This document shows, in pieces, positions 1 to 10,764 of a stretch of DNA of 64,000 nt; position 1 is the first letter of the stretch; each line of letters starts with the position of its first letter. Under the pieces are notes generated by a model. That model did not search any database and was not told the DNA's origin. It was given only the letters and a program-made list of their open reading frames with translations. Source of the DNA: Candidatus Krumholzibacteriia bacterium (GTDB taxonomy: Bacteria; Krumholzibacteriota; Krumholzibacteriia; LZORAL124-64-63); the NCBI GenBank assembly GCA_024763215.1, contig JANTFX010000006.1:2439-66438 (forward strand), in the 5' to 3' direction. The translations under genes and the position numbers were made by a program.

Positions 1-377
1 AACCGGCGGACAGGATGCGTGCCGCCAGCCTGGACATTTACCGCCAGGCGGCCGACCGCGCCCTGGACCGGGGTGTGATCATCGCCGATACCAAGTTCGA
101 GTTCGGCTTGATCGACGGCTCCCTGGCCCTCATCGACGAGGTCCTGACGCCGGATTCCAGCCGTTTCTGGCCCGCGGCCGGGCATGCTCCCGGCAGCGAA
201 CCGGCCAGCTGGGACAAGCAGATCCTGCGCAACTACCTGGATACCTGCGCCTGGAACAAGGAGCCGCCGGGTCCGGTCATCCCCGCCGAGATCCTCTCGC
301 AGACCTCCCGGCGCTACCGGGAGGTCCTGGACATCCTCTTTCCCAGCGAGGCCGAAAGATGGGCGGCATACCTGTGA
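1..377 (+). CDS. purC: Phosphoribosylaminoimidazole-succinocarboxamide synthase (SAICAR synthetase), C-terminal part; the 5' end lies outside the window
   Basis: ORF 15..377 in the frame continuing to the window edge. Motifs IIADTKFEFG and DEVLTPDSSRFW are typical of the PurC C-terminus. Directly followed by purH. Confidence 0.8.
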   Translation, partial: PADRMRAASLDIYRQAADRALDRGVIIADTKFEFGLIDGSLALIDEVLTPDSSRFWPAAGHAPGSEPASWDKQILRNYLDTCAWNKEPPGPVIPAEILSQTSRRYREVLDILFPSEAERWAAYL

Positions 378-1885
378 CAAGCTACCCCCGCCGCGCCCTG
401 CTGAGCGTCACGGACAAGCGAGGTCTGGACACGCTGGCGGCGGCCCTGGACCGCGCCGGGTTCCAGCTCATCGCCTCGGGTGGGACCGCCGCACATATCG
501 CCGCCCTGGGTCTGCCGGTGGTCAAGGTCAGCGACCTGACCGGATTTCCGGAGATCTTCGGCGGCAGGGTCAAGACCCTGCACCCGGCCATCCACGGCGG
601 CATCCTGGGGCCACGGGTGGAGGACTTCGCGGATGTGCAGGAGCTGGGGATCACGCCCATCGACGTGGTGGTGGTCAACCTCTACCGGTTCAACGAGGCC
701 GCCGCGGGGCAGGCCGATCCCGACGCCGTGATCGAACACATCGACATCGGGGGGCCGTCCCTGCTGCGCTCGGCCGCCAAGAACCATGCCCGCGTGTGCG
801 TGCTGTCCGACCCGGACCAGTACGAGGAATTCATGGCGGAGCTGGATTCCGGCGGAGGGGTCATCTCATCCTCATTGCGAAGGAAACTCGCCGCGGCCGC
901 CTTCAGGGCCACCGCCGCCTACGATCGGAACATCGCCCGCTGGTTCACCGGCCGGGACCCCGCAGGGATCCCCTTGCGCTACGGTGAGAACCCGCACCAG
1001 GCCGCGGTGATGGACATCGACCTGCCGGGTGGCGATCTGGAGGCGCTGGGGCTGGTTCAGCATGGAGGCAAACAACTTTCCTTCAACAACCTCGTGGATC
1101 TGGTGGCCGGGTTGAAGCTGGTGGCCGACTTCGAGGAACCTTGCTGCGCGGCCCTGAAGCACACCAATCCCTGCGGATTCGGCCTGGGATCCGGAGCGGT
1201 CGGGCTGGAGCGCGCCCTCCGCTGCGACCCCGTCTCGGCCTTCGGTGGGATCTTCATCTTCAGGGAGGATCTCGATCTGGATGGAGCCGAGATCCTCGCG
1301 GGCCGGTTCCTGGAGATCGTTGCCGCGCCCGGCTACGTTCCCGAGGCCCTGGCCAGGCTGCTGAGGAAGAAGAAGCTGAGGGTCCTCACCGTGGATTTCG
1401 AGAAGTTCACCGGGGCCACCGCCGGCAAGGGGCGGTCCTGGGGAGCCCTGGAGCTGCGGCAGGACGAGGATGCCGGCTTCCCCGAGTTGGACGATGCCGA
1501 GCTGGTGGCCGGCCCCGCTCCCGACGAGCTGACCAGCCGAACCCTGGCCATGCTCTGGAAGGTCTGCAAGCACGGCAAGAGCAACGCCATCGTGCTGGGG
1601 GATTCCGAAGGCACGCTGGGTCTGGGTCTGGGTCAGATGAGCCGGGTCGACAGCACCGAACTGGCCATCATGAAAGCCGGCCAGCAGGATCTGGATCTCC
1701 AGGGTTGCTGTGCGGCCTCGGACGGTTTTTTCCCCTTCCCGGACGGCATCCAGCGGCTGGCGGCGGCCGGAGTGAAGGCCGTCATCGCCCCCGGAGGATC
1801 CATCAGGGACCAGGAAGTGGCCGCTGCCGCCGACGCCCTGGGGATGACCCTGGTGCTCACGGGGCGGCGTCATTTCAACCATTGA
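359..1885 (+). CDS. purH: Bifunctional AICAR transformylase / IMP cyclohydrolase
   Basis: 508 aa. MGS-like N-terminus (ALLSVTDKRGL, LIASGGTA, GRVKTLHPAIHGGIL) and AICARFT C-terminal domain. Overlaps the purC stop; an alternative GTG start at 374 would give a GTGA overlap. Confidence 0.9.
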   Translation: MGGIPVTSYPRRALLSVTDKRGLDTLAAALDRAGFQLIASGGTAAHIAALGLPVVKVSDLTGFPEIFGGRVKTLHPAIHGGILGPRVEDFADVQELGITPIDVVVVNLYRFNEAAAGQADPDAVIEHIDIGGPSLLRSAAKNHARVCVLSDPDQYEEFMAELDSGGGVISSSLRRKLAAAAFRATAAYDRNIARWFTGRDPAGIPLRYGENPHQAAVMDIDLPGGDLEALGLVQHGGKQLSFNNLVDLVAGLKLVADFEEPCCAALKHTNPCGFGLGSGAVGLERALRCDPVSAFGGIFIFREDLDLDGAEILAGRFLEIVAAPGYVPEALARLLRKKKLRVLTVDFEKFTGATAGKGRSWGALELRQDEDAGFPELDDAELVAGPAPDELTSRTLAMLWKVCKHGKSNAIVLGDSEGTLGLGLGQMSRVDSTELAIMKAGQQDLDLQGCCAASDGFFPFPDGIQRLAAAGVKAVIAPGGSIRDQEVAAAADALGMTLVLTGRRHFNH

Positions 1886-1943
1886 AGTTTTTCACTATAC
1901 TGAAGAGGTAGGCTTCCGTCCCCCAAACCGCCTGCCTGGAGTC

Positions 1944-4805
1944 ATGAAAAACATCTTCAAGCCATTGGTGCCGGCCATCTGGTCGCTGTTGGTGGTCGCC
2001 GGCCTGTTCACGCCGGCGGCAGCCTTGCCCGGGAAGCTCTGGCCGGAGGTGACCGGTGACGCCAGGCTTTCGGAACTGCGCGCCCAACAGCGCCGATCCG
2101 TACGGACGGCCTCCCTGGCCGCAGCCGGGAAGTCGGCAGGGGCCTCCTTCGGTTTGCTGGTGATTCCCGTGGACTTCGCCGATCAACGGTTTTCTGAAGC
2201 GGGGCTTGAAAAGTCCTTGGCCGCCAGGGTGTTCGGCTCCGACAGCGAAGCCCTGTCCCGGTATTTTTCCGTCGCTTCGGGCGGCCGGATGAAGCTGTCC
2301 CCCCAACTGGCTCCGGTGGTGCACCTGGCCGGCCCGCGGGCTGATTATTCGGATATCGGCTGGCACGGATTTTCCCGCAGCCGAGCCCTGGCCCGGGAGG
2401 CGCTGACCGCCCTGGCCGACCTGGGGCTGGATTTCGCCCTGGTGGATGCCGATGGGCCCGACGGCCTGCCCGGCTCGGGGGACGACGACGGCCAGGTGGA
2501 CGGGGTCCTGATTCTGCATGCCGGCCCGGGCCAGGAGAACGATCCCGAATCCGGTTTGATCCAGGCCTTGCAGTTCTACCTGGACCAGGCCGTTTACAGC
2601 CGGGGCATCGGCGCCTCGTTCTACGCCACCGTCAGCATATCCAGCGGCCCGGGGGTCTGGGCCCATGAAGTGGGCCATCTGCTGGGCATGGAGGACCGTT
2701 ACGACCCCACCCTGGCTCCATCGGGGCAGAGCGAGGTCGTTTCCCGGGGCGGGCTGGGCATCTTCAGTCTGATGGCCGCCGGAGCCTGGGGCACCGGGGA
2801 CGGGCACGGCGCGGCCCTTCCCGATGGTTACACCCTGCTTGAGATGGGGTGGGCCCCGGTGGAGGATCTGACCCCTTACCGCGACGGGTCGGTGGTCCTG
2901 CTGCCGGTGTCCGGGGGCGGTTGCGTGGGCAGGATGCAACCGGTGGGTCAGACGGATGCGGAATATTTCCTGCTGGAGGTCAGGGATCCAAGCCTGGTGG
3001 CGCCATTCGACGCCGCGCTGCCGGCGGGCCAGATGGTCGTCTACCATGTGGATCCGGCCCTCGCCGACGGCCAGCGGGCCCTGGATGACCTGGCCGGGTG
3101 GCACCTGCGGGTGGGGGTCGTCGAGGCCGATGGCAATGATTCGCTGCACGACGGGCTGGACACCGGGGGTGCGGGGGATGTCTTCCCGGGCCTGGGGCAG
3201 CGGCACGACCTCCCGGCGGTGGGCAAGCCCGGTTTCAGCGGCTATGGCCACCAGGCGCCGGGATTTTCGCTGTCAGGAATCACGGACCAGGACGGCCAGG
3301 TGAGCTTCACGGTGGTTCCGGATCCTGTGAGCGGCCTGGAGTTCTCATTCGACGTCGATCCCGGCGGTCAGGCCGCCTATCTGGAAGCCCGGGCCACCGG
3401 TCGGCCGTTTCAGGATCTGGCCTGCGCCATCACCGTCGAGGACACGGCCTGGGGATCATTCGACGGCGGCAGGGCTTCGCTTTTCGTGTCCCTTGCGGAT
3501 GACGGGACGGGGCTCTACCGTCCCCTGGAACCTCTTGTCTGGATGAGCGGGCCGGAACCTCCGGCCGGGGCCTCCACCGAGTTCTCCTTCGGCTTCACCG
3601 CCGTCGGGGATTCCTTTCCTGCGCAGCACCGTCAGGTGGTCTGGAAGCAGTCCCCGGCGGATCTGGATTTCCGGACGTCCTGGCCGGGAACGTGGCAGGT
3701 GGCCGCGGGCGCCGGGACGACCTGGCAACGCTGGGCCGGGCAAACGGGGGGGCCTTTCGGCTCCGGCGGGATCCTGGCCTGCACCGGGGATGAATTTTCC
3801 ACCGGAGCGGCCTGGCCCGAAGTCCACTACGGGAACCGCGCGGACGCGGCCCTGGTTTCGGCCCCGCTGGAGGCGGGGGTCATGGGCATCCGCCTGGTGC
3901 ACGCGGTGGAGGCGGAAGTCCTCTCGGGAGCCGTGGCCATGGACGGGGGGAACGTGCGCTGGCGGGGTGCCGGCCTGAGCGTGCCCGCGGTCCCGATAGG
4001 TGGCTATGAATTCGATGTCTCGCCCCGCGCCGACAACGTGCTCAAGGGGCAAGGGGTTTTCGCCGGCGATTCCCTGTCCTTCCAGGAGGGGCAAATCATA
4101 TGGCGGGTGGATGTCTTCAGCGTGCCCGCAGAGCCGCCCGAAGTCTGGCGGTTGGAGCTGGACTTCGGCAGCAACGGCCTGTGGCGGCGGCGAGGCTGGT
4201 TCGTCAGCAGCATCGAGCCGGTGTACGACCTAGCCGATCTGCTGCCCTTTGCCGCCGGCTGGGACACCGAGGGCTGCAGCCCGTCGCAGCTGCGGTGGCA
4301 GTGGCCCTGGCCCGACCAGCTGCCAGGCGAGTTCCAGGTGCAGGTGTATGACCCGTCTCTCAAGTCTTGGTCAACCGTCGGGGCCGTGGCCGTGGTCCCC
4401 GGGGCCGGGGTGCAGGAGGCGGTCCTGAGCGGGATGGTGGGCAGCGGGCAGGCCGTCCTGCGGCTGCTGGCTGCAGGGCCCCCGGGGTGGGTGGCCACCC
4501 CTCCTGTGGCCATGGTCGATCCCGGATCTGCCGCGGCCGCATCGCCCCTGGGCAGGGTCTGGCCCAACCCCGGCCAGGCGCCCATCAGGTTCGAGACCAG
4601 CCTGGCGAGCGATGCGGCAGGCCGGATGGCCGTCTATGATCTGCGGGGCCGCCTCGTACGGGAAATGGATTTGCCGGCCGGGCAGGCGGTGGGCCTTTGG
4701 GACGGCACCGATAGCCGCGGCGGCCCGGCGCCGGCGGGGATGTATGTGATGCGTCTGGAAGGGCTGCCTGCGGGGGGAGTCCGGAAGGTGGTCTTGTTGC
4801 GATGA
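1944..4805 (+). CDS. Secreted zinc metalloprotease, M6/InhA-like, with C-terminal T9SS/FlgD-Ig-like sorting domain
   Basis: 953 aa. N-terminal signal peptide (MKNIFKPLVPAIWSLLVVAGLFTPAAA). HEVGHLLGMEDRYD fits the HExxHxLGxxDxYD motif of M6 immune-inhibitor-A peptidases. The last ~70 aa (MAVYDLRGRLVREMDLPAGQAVGLWDGTDSRGGPAPAGMYVMRLE) fit a FlgD-Ig / T9SS C-terminal domain. Confidence 0.7.
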   Translation: MKNIFKPLVPAIWSLLVVAGLFTPAAALPGKLWPEVTGDARLSELRAQQRRSVRTASLAAAGKSAGASFGLLVIPVDFADQRFSEAGLEKSLAARVFGSDSEALSRYFSVASGGRMKLSPQLAPVVHLAGPRADYSDIGWHGFSRSRALAREALTALADLGLDFALVDADGPDGLPGSGDDDGQVDGVLILHAGPGQENDPESGLIQALQFYLDQAVYSRGIGASFYATVSISSGPGVWAHEVGHLLGMEDRYDPTLAPSGQSEVVSRGGLGIFSLMAAGAWGTGDGHGAALPDGYTLLEMGWAPVEDLTPYRDGSVVLLPVSGGGCVGRMQPVGQTDAEYFLLEVRDPSLVAPFDAALPAGQMVVYHVDPALADGQRALDDLAGWHLRVGVVEADGNDSLHDGLDTGGAGDVFPGLGQRHDLPAVGKPGFSGYGHQAPGFSLSGITDQDGQVSFTVVPDPVSGLEFSFDVDPGGQAAYLEARATGRPFQDLACAITVEDTAWGSFDGGRASLFVSLADDGTGLYRPLEPLVWMSGPEPPAGASTEFSFGFTAVGDSFPAQHRQVVWKQSPADLDFRTSWPGTWQVAAGAGTTWQRWAGQTGGPFGSGGILACTGDEFSTGAAWPEVHYGNRADAALVSAPLEAGVMGIRLVHAVEAEVLSGAVAMDGGNVRWRGAGLSVPAVPIGGYEFDVSPRADNVLKGQGVFAGDSLSFQEGQIIWRVDVFSVPAEPPEVWRLELDFGSNGLWRRRGWFVSSIEPVYDLADLLPFAAGWDTEGCSPSQLRWQWPWPDQLPGEFQVQVYDPSLKSWSTVGAVAVVPGAGVQEAVLSGMVGSGQAVLRLLAAGPPGWVATPPVAMVDPGSAAAASPLGRVWPNPGQAPIRFETSLASDAAGRMAVYDLRGRLVREMDLPAGQAVGLWDGTDSRGGPAPAGMYVMRLEGLPAGGVRKVVLLR

Positions 4806-7057
4806 TATTGCGCACGCGGTTGCTGCTGGTCCTGGCCGTTTGCCTGGGCCTGGCCGATATCTGCCAGGCCCAGGGCCCGGTGCACGACCCTTTTTTCGCA
4901 GACTTCGTCATGGGCCGGTTTCGTGATCCGGATACCATGGCCCTGTCGCATGGTTTCCCGTCCGACCTCTGGTTGCCCGCGACGGTCGATTCGGTCTGGG
5001 TCGAGGTCGCAGCCTCCCTGCTCGATCCCCGGCATCATTTCCAGGACCCCCGGCCGGTGGTCTCCTGCTGGCTCGGGTCGGAGGCGGGACCCGGCCCGCT
5101 GGGGGAGTGGGCGGATTCCCGGCGCCTGATCCTGGACTACCTGGCAGGGCAGGGGAATTCCTCGCCGCCTATGAAAACCTCCGGGGGCCTGCTGCGGGAC
5201 GCTGTGCAGACCCTGGATTTTTTTGCAACCCTGGCTGCAGGCGATAGCCTGGGGGCCATGGGCATCGCCGCGGGGCTGTCCGCCACCTGGGAAGGCCCCG
5301 ACGCAAGCGCCCGGCGCTTCATATGGGATCTGCGCGCACGGGCCCTGGGATCCCTGACCGGAACAAGGAAGGACGATCCCGGCGACCCCTGGCCCCTCCT
5401 GTTCGAGCTCGGGCCGTACGACCGGCAGAGCGGGTGGGCCATCTGGACCGCGCACCGCCGTGAACGCGGTCTGCCCCTGCTGGGCCGACAGCATCAAACC
5501 AGGGGGCAAGCCGCGGTCCTGGCGGGGCTGTCGAGGAGCTGGCTGAGCAGCGGCGATCTGGACCGCAGCGGCTTCGCTTTCGAGCTCAAGGCCGGCCTGG
5601 GGGCCGCGGTTCTGCGGAAGCAGGAGCGACGCGAATTCATGGATCGCTACCGGCACCCGCCCTGGGACTTCCAGGCCCAGGGCTGGTGGTTGAAGGGAGC
5701 GCGGTCGGCGGCGGGGGGGCGGCCCGACCGCTACGAGGCCATGGCCCGCGATGATCATCTGCGTTCCGGCTGGCGCATGGATCTGTGGCGCCGGGCTTCG
5801 GAGCGCCGTTTGCTGCAGGGCGACTGGGCGCGTGGCCTTGCGGACCTGGAGCGGGCCGTGGGCCTGGCGCGGTACGGGGCGGGCTCCCGGGCCATGCGAA
5901 CCAGGGTGCGCCAGTGGGTGGAGCAGGCCCTGGCCCTGGCCGTGGCCCAGGGGGCCGACGGCCATGCCGGAGCTTTGCTGGCCATGGGCACGGGTATGCT
6001 TCCCGAGGACCAGCAGGAAGTATTTTGCGTCCGGGTGGCCTCCTGGCGCGAAGGCACCGGTTGTGACCCCGCTCCCGACCCGGGAGATGTCCGCGCGGGC
6101 AAGGCGTGGGCCATGGCCGGGAAAAACGGGGCGGCCGGCCTGCCGGATGGCAGCTCCCTGCGCCTGGAGTACTGGCGCCGCTGGGCGGCCTTGGCCTGCG
6201 GCCAGCATGACGCGGCCGGCCTGGATTCCCTGCGCGCCGCCCTGGGCAGGGCGCAGGACGCCGCCCATGCGCGTGGGTTGGCTCTGGACTATCTGGCCCG
6301 GCGGGTGGCAGAGGCAGGAGAAGGATCACGGCCGGATGACGGTCTATGGGACGGGGTCCTGGCCCAGGAGGTCTTTCTGGCCCGGCCCGAAGGCGGCCCG
6401 GCAGCGTGGTCCCTGTTCCCCGCTCTGCGGCAGATCACCCGAGACGAACCTGATCTCCTGCATGCCTGGCTGGGGATGGCCCTGGCCCTGCAGGATCTGC
6501 GTGCGGTGGTGGGCCTGGCGGTCCTGATTCCGGATGGGAGTTTGCCCTCGGACCAAAAATTGCCTTTCCTTTACCCGCTTCCCGCTTTCGGGCCCGTACG
6601 GCGTGCCCTGGACGAAGCACGGAACGAGCCGGCCCTCCTGCTCGGGGTCGCCCGCAACGAGAGCCTGTTCGATCCCGGAGCGCGGTCCCGCGCCGGGGCC
6701 CTGGGCTGGATGCAGATCATGCCCTTCCACTTTGACGAAGGTCAACCCGGGGGCGGGCGAGGTTGGGCCGACCCCGTGGTTTCCATAGCCAAGGGGGATG
6801 CCCTGCTGGAGGAGAACCGCCGGCGGTATCACGGCGATCCCTACACGGTGGTGGCCTCATACAACGCGGGGCCCACGGCGGCCCGGCGGTGGTGGAAGCA
6901 GCTGGGCGAGGGCGCCGACGACGCGCTCTATCTGTCCTGGATCGGATATCCGGAGACCAGACGCTACGTGGAAAAGGTCTTGAAGGATCGTGCCATCTAC
7001 GCTGGAATCCTGGCGTCCGGCCCGGGCTCGCCGCCGACCGGACACACCGAGCAATAA
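4802..7057 (+). CDS. Soluble lytic murein transglycosylase (Slt family) with large N-terminal superhelical domain
   Basis: 751 aa with a signal peptide. C-terminal SLT catalytic motif (ARNESLFDPGARSRAGALGWMQIMP ... YNAGP). 4-bp overlap with the preceding gene. Confidence 0.8.
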   Translation: MILRTRLLLVLAVCLGLADICQAQGPVHDPFFADFVMGRFRDPDTMALSHGFPSDLWLPATVDSVWVEVAASLLDPRHHFQDPRPVVSCWLGSEAGPGPLGEWADSRRLILDYLAGQGNSSPPMKTSGGLLRDAVQTLDFFATLAAGDSLGAMGIAAGLSATWEGPDASARRFIWDLRARALGSLTGTRKDDPGDPWPLLFELGPYDRQSGWAIWTAHRRERGLPLLGRQHQTRGQAAVLAGLSRSWLSSGDLDRSGFAFELKAGLGAAVLRKQERREFMDRYRHPPWDFQAQGWWLKGARSAAGGRPDRYEAMARDDHLRSGWRMDLWRRASERRLLQGDWARGLADLERAVGLARYGAGSRAMRTRVRQWVEQALALAVAQGADGHAGALLAMGTGMLPEDQQEVFCVRVASWREGTGCDPAPDPGDVRAGKAWAMAGKNGAAGLPDGSSLRLEYWRRWAALACGQHDAAGLDSLRAALGRAQDAAHARGLALDYLARRVAEAGEGSRPDDGLWDGVLAQEVFLARPEGGPAAWSLFPALRQITRDEPDLLHAWLGMALALQDLRAVVGLAVLIPDGSLPSDQKLPFLYPLPAFGPVRRALDEARNEPALLLGVARNESLFDPGARSRAGALGWMQIMPFHFDEGQPGGGRGWADPVVSIAKGDALLEENRRRYHGDPYTVVASYNAGPTAARRWWKQLGEGADDALYLSWIGYPETRRYVEKVLKDRAIYAGILASGPGSPPTGHTEQ

Positions 7058-7102
7058 CCAACGTGGTGCCGGGTGGTGAACCCGGCCCCGGGGAGAGGAA
7101 AC

Positions 7103-10100
7103 ATGGCCAACGGCCTGCGCGGGTTTTTCGAACGCATGTTCAGCAAGCGGCAACGCGATTACGCCAAGCTGCAACCGGTTGTGGACAGGATCAAGGAGAT
7201 CAGGGGCCCCCTCGCCGAGCTTTCCGACGATGAGTTGCGCGCCAAGCGGGTGGAATTCAGGCAACGCTACGACGACGGTGAGAGCCTGGACGATATGCTG
7301 CCCGAAGCCTACGCCGTGGTCTGGGAGGGATGCCGCCGGCTGGTCGAGCGCAAGGCGTCCTGGGTGGTCTGGGGCACCGAGCAGGTATGGGACATGGTCC
7401 CCTACGACGTCCAGCTCATGGGCGCCATCGTCCTGCACCAGGGCAAGATCGCCGAGATGGCCACGGGCGAGGGCAAGACCCTGGTGGCCATCTTCCCCCT
7501 GTACCTGAACAGCATCCCCGGCCGGGGGTCCCATCTGGTGACCGTCAACGATTACCTGGCCAAGCGCGACGCCCAGTGGATGGGGGGCGTCCTGGAGTTC
7601 CTCGGCTGCACCGTCGGTTGCATCCAGGGGGAGATGACCCCCGAGGAGCGCCGGGAAGCCTATGGCTGCGACGTGACCTACGGGACGAACAACGAGTTCG
7701 GCTTCGACTACCTGCGGGACAACATGGTGGTCCAGCCCGAGCACCTGGTCCACCGCGATTTCTGGTTCGCCATCGTGGACGAGGTCGACTCCGTCCTCAT
7801 CGACGAAGCCCGCACCCCGCTGATCATCAGCGGTGCGGTGGACAAGTCCACCCACCAGTTCCTGGAGCTCGAGCCCCGCGTGGCCAAGCTGGTGCGTCGG
7901 CAGATGAAGATCGTAAACGACTGGCTGGGCGATGTGGAACGCGTGCTGCGGCCCGCGCTCAAGGGCGAAGACGTCGAGATAGACGACGAGACGGCCCTGA
8001 AGCTCCTGCGCATCAGCCGGGGCGCGCCCAAGAACCCCCGCTTCCGCAAGCTGGCCCAGATCCCCGGCGTGCTGGAGAAGATCCAGCATACCGAGGAGGC
8101 CTACATGGCCCAGAAGGCCATGTGGGAGGCCGACGAGGACCTGCTGTACGTGGTGGAGGAGAAGAACCACCAGGTCGATCTGACGGACAAGGGCCAGGAA
8201 TTCCTGGCCAGCGAGGAGAAGGATTTCTTCGTCATGCCCGATTTGTCGGGTGTGGCCGGTGAGCTGGAAGCCGACCCGGACATGCCCGCCGAGGAGAAGG
8301 CCGCCAGGCTCGCCGCCGTGGAGAAGGAATACGCCCTCAAGAACGAACGCATCAGCAACGTGGACCAGCTCCTGAGGGCCTACTCCCTGTACGAGAAGGA
8401 TGTCGACTACGTCCTGCAGGACGGCAAGGTGGTCATCGTGGACACCTTCACCGGGCGCCTGCAGCCTGGCCGCCGCTTCAGCGAGGGGCTGCACCAGGCC
8501 CTGGAGGCCAAGGAGGGTGTGCAGGTCCAGCGCGAGACCCAGACCCTGGCCACCGTCACCGTCCAGAACTTCTTCCGGAAGTACGCGAAGCTCTCGGGCA
8601 TGACCGGCACGGCGGAGACCGAGGAGGCGGAGTTCAACGGGATCTACGAGCTGGACGTGGTGGTCATCCCCACGCACCGGCCCATCGCCAGACGAGACCT
8701 GGACGACGTCATCTACAAGACCAAGAAGGAGAAGTACAAGGCCATCGTGGACGAGGTGACGCGGCTGCACCGTCTGGGGCTGCCGGTGCTGGTGGGTACG
8801 ACCACGGTCGAGGTCAGCGAACTGCTCAGCCGGCTGTTCCGCCTGCGGGGCATCAACCACAACGTCCTGAACGCCAAGCACCACCACCGCGAGGCCGAGA
8901 TCGTCAAGGACGCGGGGCAGGTGGGCGCCGTGACCATCGCCACGAACATGGCCGGGCGCGGCACGGACATCAAGCTGGCCCCGGAAGTCCTGGAGCTTCC
9001 CCAACGCTGGCCCGAGGATCCCGACCTGGATCCCGAGGTGTACGAGGACCAGATCAGCGGTCTGCAGATCATCGGCACCGAACGGCACGAGAGTCGCCGC
9101 ATCGACCGGCAGCTGCGGGGCCGGGCCGGGCGCCAGGGCGACCCCGGGCAGGCCATCTTCTTCCTCAGCCTCGAGGACGACCTGATGCGCCTGTTCAGCC
9201 CCGAACGGATCATCAAGGTCATGGACAAGCTGGGTGTCCAGGAAGGCGAGGTCATCACGCATTCCATGGTGACCAAGGCCATCGAGAAGGCGCAGGTGCG
9301 CGTCGAGACCCAGAACTACGAGATCCGCAAGCACCTGCTGGAGTATGACGACGTCGTCAACAAGCAGCGTGAGGTCATCTACGGCATGCGCCGGGACGCC
9401 CTGGAGGGCAAGGAGCTGGCGGAGACCTTCGAGGATTTCCTGGCCAACGCCGTCAGCGGCATCCTGGCCGAATGCGCCGACCGCGACAACGCTCCTGATT
9501 TCTGGGACTGGAAGAAGTTGGCCTTCCTGTACCAGGGGCTGATCCTGACCCCGTTGCCAGTGAGCGATGCCGAGCGGCTCGAGATCGATTACGACGAGCT
9601 CGAGGGACGCCTCCATGCAACCGCCGTCCGGAAGCTCGAGGACAAGATCCAGCGCCTGGGCGAGGACCTGTGCGGGCAGCTGCAGCGTTTCGTCCTGATC
9701 CAGGTGCTCGACGATCAGTGGCGGGATCACCTCAACGAGCTGATCATGCTGCGCAGCGGCATCGGGTTGCGCTCCTACGGGCAGCGCGACCCTCTGGTGG
9801 AATACAAGTCCGAATCCTTCAAGTTGTTCGAGGGGCTCATCCAGAGGCTGGAAAGGGGTGCTGTGAACCTCTTCTTCCGCGCCGAGCTGGCCCCCGCAGC
9901 TCCGGTACCCGCTGCCGACGTGACCAGCATGGAGACAAGCCACAAGGAAGTCTCGGCCTACGAGCAGGCCGCCGGCGGCGGCTCCGACCAGGTGATGTCC
10001 ACCAACAGCCCCGAGGCGGTGCGTCAGCGGCCTGTGCAACGCCAGGTGCCGAAGGTGGGGCGCAACGATCCTTGCCCCTGCGGCAGCGGCAGGAAATACA

Positions 10101-10129
10101 AGAAATGTTGCGGAGCGCAGAAGGGGTAG
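7103..10129 (+). CDS. secA: Preprotein translocase ATPase SecA
   Basis: About 1008 aa. DEAD-like motor domains, preprotein cross-linking domain, and a C-terminal zinc-binding motif [25 protein letters not shown] before the ATG at 7103; the ORF track starts at 7073. Confidence 0.95.
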   Translation: MANGLRGFFERMFSKRQRDYAKLQPVVDRIKEIRGPLAELSDDELRAKRVEFRQRYDDGESLDDMLPEAYAVVWEGCRRLVERKASWVVWGTEQVWDMVPYDVQLMGAIVLHQGKIAEMATGEGKTLVAIFPLYLNSIPGRGSHLVTVNDYLAKRDAQWMGGVLEFLGCTVGCIQGEMTPEERREAYGCDVTYGTNNEFGFDYLRDNMVVQPEHLVHRDFWFAIVDEVDSVLIDEARTPLIISGAVDKSTHQFLELEPRVAKLVRRQMKIVNDWLGDVERVLRPALKGEDVEIDDETALKLLRISRGAPKNPRFRKLAQIPGVLEKIQHTEEAYMAQKAMWEADEDLLYVVEEKNHQVDLTDKGQEFLASEEKDFFVMPDLSGVAGELEADPDMPAEEKAARLAAVEKEYALKNERISNVDQLLRAYSLYEKDVDYVLQDGKVVIVDTFTGRLQPGRRFSEGLHQALEAKEGVQVQRETQTLATVTVQNFFRKYAKLSGMTGTAETEEAEFNGIYELDVVVIPTHRPIARRDLDDVIYKTKKEKYKAIVDEVTRLHRLGLPVLVGTTTVEVSELLSRLFRLRGINHNVLNAKHHHREAEIVKDAGQVGAVTIATNMAGRGTDIKLAPEVLELPQRWPEDPDLDPEVYEDQISGLQIIGTERHESRRIDRQLRGRAGRQGDPGQAIFFLSLEDDLMRLFSPERIIKVMDKLGVQEGEVITHSMVTKAIEKAQVRVETQNYEIRKHLLEYDDVVNKQREVIYGMRRDALEGKELAETFEDFLANAVSGILAECADRDNAPDFWDWKKLAFLYQGLILTPLPVSDAERLEIDYDELEGRLHATAVRKLEDKIQRLGEDLCGQLQRFVLIQVLDDQWRDHLNELIMLRSGIGLRSYGQRDPLVEYKSESFKLFEGLIQRLERGAVNLFFRAELAPAAPVPAADVTSMETSHKEVSAYEQAAGGGSDQVMSTNSPEAVRQRPVQRQVPKVGRNDPCPCGSGRKYKKCCGAQKG

Positions 10130-10199
10130 GCTTGCTGCCCGCCCCTGGCCGTGCTAGTTTTTCTGCGCCAGGACATGGGGCCCAGGCACTGAAAGTCGA

Positions 10200-10688
10200 A
10201 TGATGGAACACGAACGCGACCGCATGAAACACCTGCTGCTGATCCTCCTGGAGGCCCTCGCGGCCGATCCGGAGATGGGCGCGGACATCCAGGACAGGAT
10301 CCAGGACGAGGCCGCGGCCGCCGGCCTGGACGAACAGGATGTCAACGGCCTGCTGGACTGGATCGAGGCCCAGTGGGACCAGGCGGAGACCGGCCGGTGG
10401 GCTCCGGAGCTTCCCGCCGACGCCCCCTCGCGCGGGACCTTCAGGCATTTCGGTTCCGAGGATGCCGCGCACCTTTCGGGGGCCAGCCTGGGCTACCTGC
10501 TGCGGCTGCTGCAGACCCAGCAGATCTCGCGGGCGCAGCTCGAAGCGCTCGTGCAGTACGCTTCCTACCTGTCGGTGCGGCCCATCGAGCCCGAGGATCT
10601 GGACAGCATCCTCGAGCAGGTTATCTTCAGGCCGGACCAGCCGCGGATGACCGGAGGCGCTTCGGAGGGTTTCGGGTCGGTCCATTGA
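10200..10688 (+). CDS. smg: Smg (DUF494) family protein
   Basis: 162 aa acidic protein. Architecture and motifs resemble E. coli Smg (for example RHFGSEDAAHLSGASLGYLLRLLQ versus [24 protein letters not shown]). Sits immediately upstream of topA, as smg does in many bacteria. Confidence 0.55.
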   Translation: MMEHERDRMKHLLLILLEALAADPEMGADIQDRIQDEAAAAGLDEQDVNGLLDWIEAQWDQAETGRWAPELPADAPSRGTFRHFGSEDAAHLSGASLGYLLRLLQTQQISRAQLEALVQYASYLSVRPIEPEDLDSILEQVIFRPDQPRMTGGASEGFGSVH

Positions 10689-10764
10689 CGGACGCAGTGG
10701 CATTCCCACAGGTTCCGGGGCCACCAGGCACCCGGTTTCCTTTTATTTCCAGAAGGGTTGGATC

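Noticed and set aside
6857-10039. 1060-aa ORF on the minus strand opposite secA. Similar giant antisense ORFs lie opposite topA (10627-13170), trmFO/xerC (13233-15524), rpsA (32641-34998), mutL (45082-46875) and many others.
   Set aside because: At ~70% GC the antisense frames rarely contain stop codons. These ORFs have low-complexity Gly/Arg/Pro/Ala-rich translations and no motifs. The sense-strand genes have unambiguous conserved domains.
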